In this document: positions 35,405 through 42,493 of the stretch, one piece after another
How the letters are laid out: each line of letters starts with the position of its first letter
How positions within the stretch are numbered: position 1 is the first letter of the stretch
NCBI RefSeq assembly: GCF_006345805.1
Contig: NW_021832316.1
Coordinates: 1-42,493, forward strand
Reading direction: 5' to 3'
Length of the DNA: 42,493 nt
From: Octopus sinensis
Taxonomy: Eukaryota
Program-made: the position numbers and the translations under genes
Notes under the pieces: model-generated
What the model was told of the DNA's origin: nothing
The model's input: only the letters and a program-made list of their open reading frames with translations
Databases searched by the model: none

Positions 35405-35440
35405 CTTTTACGTTTCAAGCCTACGCTTTTCTCCAGAAAG
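35405..35440 (-). ncRNA. Minimal type-I hammerhead-like motif in a Penelope-like remnant
   Basis: cttt CTGGAGA A aagc gtag gctt GAAA CG TA aaag. Helix I and helix II have 4 bp each; helix III is the loopless palindrome ACGT. Conserved A6 is G. Confidence 0.45.
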
Positions 35441-35516
35441 GGACATAGAAAAAACAAAGAGAGAAACAAGGAGAGAAAAAAAACGTGTGTAGTAGCTAAT
35501 GATCTATCATGGCATC

Positions 35517-35548
<32 letters not shown>

Positions 35549-35549
35549 A

Positions 35550-36010
35550 AAGTGTGTTATGAGCCTTTATAGAACACTTATCCTATATAAACTCCACAAA
35601 CAATTAAAGATGGCGAAGGGAAGGTGTTGAAAGTTTTATAAAATTCTAATCCATGCATGCAATCATTACAAATGGTAATATTTATCATGTAAGTAAGATG
35701 GAAAAATTTATAAATTAATCTAATTATAATTACAGTGTGAAAGCAGAATGCATCCAAAACAATAAATCAGAAGAATATTACATTGTTACAGAAAACTTGA
35801 AGGAATGAGTGTCATATAACATGTTTGGATAGTCATAATATGATTATGAAAGATAAACCTATGCTTGCGTAGTGTTAATATCACTGTTCGAAACGATCGT
35901 ATGCATGGCTTAAAGTTTTATTAAACTTTTAACATTTTCTCTTTTCCATCTTTAATTGTTTGTTAAGTTTCTAAAGGATACATGTTCTATAGATGTTCGT
36001 AATATACCTT
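35550..36010. repeat. Diverged inverted repeat, ~150-bp arms
   Basis: acaaacaattaaagatgg...ccatgcatgcaatcatt versus aacgatcgtatgcatgg...ccatctttaattgtttgt. Confidence 0.75.
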
Positions 36011-36204
36011 ATACTTGTAACATTTTCATATTGGAAAAATACTTATAATAGAAAGCTACCAATTTAATATGAAAAATTATTTTTTAGATATCTAACTTTG
36101 GAACCTCCCAAAGTAAAGGAAGAAATAGTACTCAACCTTTCCTCACATTTATATATGCATGTGTGAGTGAGTGTGTGTATGTATATACTCTTTTACTCTT
36201 TTAC

Positions 36205-36300
36205 TTGGGCAAGTGTCTTCTACAATAGCCCCGGGCCGACCAATGCCTTGTGAGTGGATTTGGTAGAAGGAAACTGAAAGAAGCCTGTCGTATATATGTG

Positions 36301-36331
<31 letters not shown>

Positions 36332-36558
36332 ATGTGTATGTGTTTGTGTGTCTGTGTTTGTCTCCCTAGCATTGCTTGACAACCGATGCTGGTGTGTTTA
36401 CGTCCCTGTCACTTAGCGGTTCGGCAAAAGAGACCGATAGAATAAATACTGGGCTTACAAAAGAATAAGTCCCGGGGTCGATTTGCTCGACTAAAGGCGG
36501 TGCCCCAGCATGGCCGCAGACAAATGACTGAAACAAGTAAAAGAGAGAGTAAAAGAGT
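36205..36558 (+). mobile_element. SINE family A (5' truncated)
   Basis: From ttgggcaagtgtcttctac to the aaagagtaa tail. Confidence 0.85.
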
Positions 36559-36855
36559 AACCATCCCACAAGAGCTTTTAACCGGTTGATTCCTCTGCAA
36601 GAAATAGCAGCCGAATATACCTCAAATCAAACCCTACTGCTTTAGCAAAGGATAAACTGAATAATGAAATCTTGGGTCTCCTGAATATATAGAAGAAAAG
36701 ACAGGATGGTCATGGGGGAAGCACCTTTATTCTTAAGCCTACATGATCAAATTTGAACTAGAGATTAGCACATAATTCTTTCCACTATACAAGGTGGGAT
36801 CAAAAGATTCCAAGACTAGTTATTTTGAATTCAAAATAACTTATTTACTCTTTAT

Positions 36856-37068
36856 TCTCTCTTTTACTCTTTTACTTGTTTCAGTCATTTGACTGCGGTC
36901 ATGCTGGAGCACCACCTTTAGTCAAGCAAGTCAACCCCAGGACTTATTCTTTGTAAGCCTAGTACTTATTCTATCGGTCTCTTTAGCCGAACCGCTAAGT
37001 TACGGGGACATAAACACACAAACATCGGTTGTCAAGCGATGTTGGGGTGGACAAACACAGACACACAA

Positions 37069-37121
<53 letters not shown>

Positions 37122-37315
37122 TACATATATATATACACATATATATATGCATATATACAACAAGCTTCTTTCAGTTTCCGTGTACCAAATCGACTCACAA
37201 GGCTATTGTCGGCCTGAGGCTATAGTAGAAGACACTTACCCAAGGTGCCACGCAGTGGGACTGAACCCGGAATCATGTGGTTGGTAAGCAAGCTACTCAA
37301 CACACAGCGACTCCT
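36856..37315 (-). mobile_element. SINE family A
   Basis: Full tail, core and head. Confidence 0.85.
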
Positions 37316-38135
37316 TTGAAATAGTCCCATTGTGCAGCAATACACGAGGTCCAGTGTCCCGACTAATTTTGGAATCTGGTCTGGAAGTCAAATTCCATAA
37401 GCATGCTGACAACCGTCTTTGATTTGCTCTTTATCTCCACAATGGTGTTCAAACAACGACCTCTGAGCTGCATTTTAATCTTGGGGAAGAGGCATAGGAG
37501 TGGCTGTGTGGTAAGTAGCTTGGTTACGAACCGCATGGTTCCGGGTTCAGTCACAATGTGTGGCACCTTAGGCAAGAGTCTTTTACTATAGCCTCAGGCC
37601 AACCAAAGCCTCGTGAGTGGATTTGTGGTAGACAGAAACTAAAAGAAGCCCGTTGTATATATATATATAGATGTATGTGTGTGTGTGTGTGTTTGTGTGC
37701 CTGTGTTTGTCTCCCCAACATCGCTTGACAACCGATGCTGGTGTGTTTACGTCCCTGTGACTTAACGGTTCAGCCAAAGAAGCCGATAGAGTAAGTACTA
37801 GGATTACAAAGAATAAGTCCTGGGGGTCAATTTGTTAGACTAAAGGCTGTGCTCCAGCATGGCCACAGTCAAATGACTGAAACAAGTAAAAGAGTAAAGA
37901 GATGGAAGTCCACAGGTGCTGAATCTGGTGCAAAAGGACAGGTGCAAAAGTGATGCTATGTCGTTTTTGGGGAGAAACTCATGAGTGAGGAGATCTCAGT
38001 GACAAGGTGTATTGTCATCATGAAGAACCCAATGCTTCATGTTCCACAGATCCAGTTGCCTTCACTGAATCTCTTCCCTCAAACACTTCAAAACATTGTA
38101 GTAGAAATCTTGATTGACAGTCTGCATCTTGGGGA
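37316..38135 (-). mobile_element. Second mariner relic (3' half of transposase), split by a SINE
   Basis: Minus strand reads IVPKMQTVNQDFYYNVLKCLREEIQ*..WVLHDDNTPCH*..EFLPKN..APDSAPVDFH | LFPKIKMQLRGRCLNTIVEI...CIAAQWDYFKG. This matches mariner HDNA, SPDLAPxDF and LFPKLK motifs. Confidence 0.85.
37496..37900 (+). mobile_element. SINE family A inserted into the mariner relic
   Basis: The insertion falls between the DFH and LFPK codons of the relic. Confidence 0.85.
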
Positions 38136-38148
38136 CAATTCTTATTCT

Positions 38149-38803
38149 TATTTCTTTACTCCCCACAAGGAGCTAAACATAGAGGGGACAAACAAGGACA
38201 GACAAAGGGATTAAGTCGATTACATCGACCTCAGTGCATAACTGGTACTTAATTTATCAACCCTGAAAGGATGAAAAGCAGAGTCGACCTCGGTGGAATT
38301 TGAACTCAGAACATAACGGCAGACGAAATACCGCTAAGCATTTCGCCCGGCATGCTAACGATTCTGCCAACTCGCCGCCTTTTATATTTCTTTATTCCCC
38401 ACAAGGGGCTAAACACAGAGGGGGCAAACAAGGACAGACAAAGGTATTTAGTCGATTCCATTGACTCCAGTGAGTAACTGGTACTTAATTTATCGACCCC
38501 GAAAGGATGAAAGGCAAAGTTGACCTCAGTGGAATTTGAACTCAGAACATAATTGCAGACGAAATACCTATTTCTTTATTATCCACAAGGGGTTAAACAT
38601 AGAGGGGACAAACAAGGACAGACATAGGTATTAAGTCGATTATATCGACCCCAGTGCGTAACTAGTACTTAATTTAGTCAACCCCGAAAGGATGAAAGGC
38701 AAAGTCGACCTCAGCGGAATTTTGAACTCACAATGTAACGGCAGACGAAATACTGCTAAGCATTTTGCCCGGTGTGCTAACGTTTCTGCCAACTCACTGC
38801 CTT
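38149..38803 (-). mobile_element. SINE family B cluster: monomer (~38149-38381) plus head-and-two-bodies dimer (~38384-38803)
   Basis: Same body and junction structure as 20729-21504. More degraded copies continue to ~39240. Confidence 0.85.
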
Positions 38804-39339
38804 AATGATTCTGCCAGCACATTGCCTTTCGTTTCAAATTCTGGCACAAGGCTAGCAGTTTTATGGAGAGGGGCTATTCAATTACATCAACCCGTGTTTA
38901 ACCGGTACTTGTGTTATCAACTCTGAAAGGAAAAAAAGCAAAGGCGACCTTGATGGGATTTGAACTCAGAAAATAAAGACGGAAGAAATGCCACTCAACA
39001 TTTCACCCAGCATGAAAGTTTTACCAGTTTGCCGCCTTAGTGGTGACTTATTATCATAATGGTTTCAAATTTTGGCACCACAAGGCCAGCAATTTCAGAG
39101 TTGATAGCACCAACCCCGGTAATCAACAGGTACTTGTTTAATCAACCCAGAAAGGTTGAAAGGCAACAGCAACCTTGGTGGAATTTGAACTCACAACATA
39201 AACCCAGTTGAAATGCTGTTGAGTATTTTTGCTGCCATCTCACCTCCTTTTTAGGCTAATCCCATGATAATCCTTTCTATTATAGGCACAAGTTCTGCTA
39301 AACTCAAAGAGTATTATTATGCTTCTATTCACAATGACA

Positions 39340-39860
39340 AAGGACCGAGATCTCTGGAGATATGCTGTGACTGCAAAGACCCGGGCTGCTTCCTGCACCA
39401 GTTCCACATAGCCCCAGCCCATTCAAAGTACCTTGGATTTCAGAACAACCTGCTGTGCTTGAGGAGACCTATTGAGTCAAGTACATGAACATGAACATCG
39501 AAATAAATATCAATGGAAATAGTAGTTGTGATACCAGTGCTGGTGGCACATAAAAAGCACCATCCGAATGTGGCCGATGCCAGCACCGCCATGACTGGCT
39601 TCTGTGCCAGTGGCACGTTAAAAGCACCAACTGATTGTGGCCGCTGCCAGACTCCCCTGGCGCCTGTGCTGGTGGCATGTAAAAAGCACCCACTACACTC
39701 ACAGAGTGGTTGGTGTTAGGAAGGGCATCCAGCTGTAGAAACACTACCAGATCAGACTGGGCCTGGTGCAGCCACCTGGCTTCCCAGACACCAGTCGAAC
39801 CATCCAACCCATGCTAGCATGGAAAACGGACGTTAAACGATGATGATGATGATGATGAAG
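39340..39860 (+). mobile_element. RTE 3' end / family C
   Basis: gaccgagatctctggagatatgctgtgact (cf. 8990-9020) through to cggacgttaaac(gat)n. Confidence 0.8.
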
Positions 39861-40136
39861 GCATTGGTCAGCCTGAAGCTATAGTAGACTGATGGAATAA
39901 CTCAGCGGTTCAGCAAAAGAGAATTGATCGAATGAGTACTGGACTTCAAAAAGTAAAGCTAGATAACAGTGGGGATGGGCAATCGATTTGCCATAAACCC
40001 TTCAAACTGCCCATGCCCACCATGACTGAAAGAAAGGCTGAAGACCAAAAGATAAACCAAGAGATGTGTATTCATCAAAAATTATGTCTGCCATGACAAG
40101 AAGGCTCATTACCGAAGAGCAGAAACAGAAGAGACA

Positions 40137-40870
40137 TCATCATCATCGTTTAACTTCTGTTTTCCATGCTAGCATGTGTTGGACGATTTGACTGGGGACT
40201 GGTGAACCAGATGGCTGCACCAGACTCCAATCTGATCTGGCATAGTTTCTACAGTTGGATGCCCTTCCTAATGCCAACCACTCCGATATATATATATATA
40301 TATATACATATATGTATGTATATATATATATATATCACCATCATCATCATCATCATCATAATCATCATCGTTTAACATCCGCTTTCCATGCTAGCATGGG
40401 TTGGACAATTTGACTGGGGACTGGTGAACCAGATGGCTGCACCAGGTTCCAATCTGATCTGGCAGAGATTCTACAGCTGGATGCCCTTCCTAACGCCAAC
40501 CACTCTGAGAGTGTAGTGGGTGATTTTTACGTGCGACTGGCATGAGGGCCAGTCATGCGGTACTGGCAACAGCCACGCTCAAATGGTGTCTTTTACGTGC
40601 CACCTGCATAGGAGTCACTTCAGTGACACTGGCAACAACCTTGCTTGAATGTTTTTTCAAGTGCCACCAGCACAAATGCCAGTAAGGCAACGCTGGTAAC
40701 GATTACGCTGGAATGGTGCTTTTTATGTGCCACCGGCATGGAACCCAGTTAGATGCTCTGGCAATGATCACACTCGGATGGTGCTCTTAGTGCTCCACTA
40801 GCATGGATGCCAGTCATTGACTTTGATTTTGATTTCAATTTCACTTGCCTTAACAGGTCTTCCCAAGCAG
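40137..40870 (-). mobile_element. Two family C / RTE 3' fragments in tandem
   Basis: (cat)n-cgtttaac tails near 40140 and 40365, with the shared ggactggtgaaccagatggctgcacc. Confidence 0.75.
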
Positions 40871-41269
40871 AGGTTAGTATCCACTGACAAACCTAAATAA
40901 CTAAGGAAGACAATCCAGAAATTTTAATTAAGAAAATTCATATATGAAATGCAATGAAATGGGAGACAGTCTGGTCTTTAACAGTGAAGTGATAACTGCG
41001 GAAGTGTTCCAGCTTTATTACAACTCATTAGGAATGCAAATGTCTAACCTTCGTAACCCAAGTAGAAGACACTTGCCCAAAGTGCCATGCAGTGGAACTG
41101 AACCCGGAACCATGTGGTTGGTAAGCAAGCTACTTACCACACAGCCACTCCTGCACCTTATTGATTTTTTAAAAAAATTTTCGGTGTGCCTTGCAACCTT
41201 TTCAATAGCTGTTGACTGTGTGTGTGTGTGTGTGGTGTGTGTGTGTGTGTGTGTGTATGTGTGTGTGTA

Positions 41270-41307
<38 letters not shown>

Positions 41308-41312
<5 letters not shown>

Positions 41313-41502
41313 TTTATTTAAAGCAGCAGAAAATTCAACAAAACCTGTTACTCTGAGTTTCCCGTTGCCGTTCGGCAACGTAAAACTCAGAGTAACAGGT
41401 TTTGTTGAATTTTCTGCTGCTTTAAATAAAGTATATTACTCTACCACAGGTATTTGAGTACTCTTTCTTCCACCTTGTTTCACATTCATGTGTTTACTCC
41501 GG
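41308..41502 (-). mobile_element. Hairpin-bearing repeat, second copy of 27755-27950
   Basis: Near-perfect hairpin 41308-41435 (arms tatactttatttaaagcagcagaaaattcaacaaaacctgttactctgagttt) plus the flank ending tgtttactccgg. Confidence 0.8.
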
Positions 41503-41604
41503 TATATATATATATATTTAATGTAGGATAAAATTTTTTCGAAAAAAATATTTTATCAATGGCCAGCATATTAAAAAATACCTTTAAAGGTTAAAATTAT
41601 AAAC

Positions 41605-41871
41605 AACTTACAAATAAGGGCAAACGAAAAAATTTATAATGCCAAATATGCCGAAAATTGGACATATTGTCCATAACCATATAATTTATCACAATACGCA
41701 TGCTACTTGAAAAAATTTCTAAAAATTCCATTAATGGAATTTTTAGAAATTTCTGTCGGCTTTTTTCGAGTATCATGCGTATTGTGATAAATTATATGGT
41801 AATGGACAATATGTCCAATTTTCGGCATATTTGGCATTAGAAATTTTTCCGTTTGCCCTTATTTGTAAGTT
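41605..41871. repeat. 267-bp near-perfect palindrome, centre 41732/41733
   Basis: aacttacaaataagggcaaacg...tttctaaaaattccatt|aatggaatttttagaaa...cgtttgcccttatttgtaagtt, with an ~11-bp indel near the centre. Confidence 0.92.
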
Positions 41872-42493
41872 ATATATATATATATGTTTGTGTGTGAGAG
41901 TGTGTCTTTGAGTCTGTATTTCTCTCCCGCTACAGTGCTCACTAACCAGTGTCGGTGAGTTTAAGTTTTCATAACTTAGTGGTTCAGCAAATGAGACGGA
42001 TAAGAATAAGTGCCAGGCTTAGAAATAGAGAAGCACCAGGTTCGATTCATTCGACTAAGAATTTTGCAAGGCCGTGCCCCAGCATGACCACAGATTGAAC
42101 CAAGGAAGCGATAAAAGATTGGGAGGAGTTACCAAAGATATGAGATTAAACATCAGCCAATTCCCTTTCAGTCGGCACTGCAAGGTATCTGTTTCATTCT
42201 CTCATCCCTGTCCCCTGTTTTTTTAAGGGGATTCCATATAACTGCATGAATGTTGATAATTTAAGATGGCTAACTGGATATTCGGGCAATAGAGAGACAA
42301 ACACACACACTTGCATAGAGAGATATACACATTCAGAGAGAAAGAGAAAGAGAGAGAGAGGAAGGGAGAGAGATATATTACAATTAATTAATTAAAGATG
42401 GTTAGCATAAACACTTTTCCTCTCCTCAGACGGATAAAGAGAAATATACTGACGTAAATAGAGAGGGGGAGGAGAGAAGGAGAGAGAGATAGG

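Overview
This is eukaryotic, intron-dominated DNA, not prokaryotic. It is very AT-rich and packed with microsatellites, tRNA-derived SINEs, RTE and CR1/L2 LINE relics, mariner relics, MITEs and inverted-repeat elements. The repeat landscape looks like a coleoid cephalopod, probably Octopus; this is an inference, not verified. The only protein-coding content I can support is four consecutive minus-strand exons (25585-25658, 22299-22376, 20047-20166, 17686-17852). They have AG/GT boundaries, splice in frame (74+78+120+167 nt) and encode the middle of the PTP domain of an IA-2/phogrin (PTPRN/PTPRN2) receptor-type phosphatase. I could not find the exons expected before and after them, so flanking introns of about 17 kb or more are implied. 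Almost all ORFs in the supplied track are microsatellite or low-complexity artefacts. The most interesting unexplained structure is a set of inverted-repeat elements in these introns carrying type-I hammerhead-ribozyme-like cores (CUGANGA...GAAA...UH with a short palindromic helix III), of the kind known from Penelope-like elements. The best one (25740-25827) is on the sense strand of the pre-mRNA, with its predicted cleavage site about 86 nt upstream of a 3' splice site. Other leads: inverted SINE pairs bracketing exons, genomic codons one A-to-I edit away from family-conserved residues, a perfect RFX X-box, a multimeric SINE nested in another SINE with an 18-bp TSD, and a WLD variant of the WPD loop. 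Repeat boundaries are read by eye (about +/-10-20 bp). SINE family labels A-E are my own working names. No database searches or folding programs were run.
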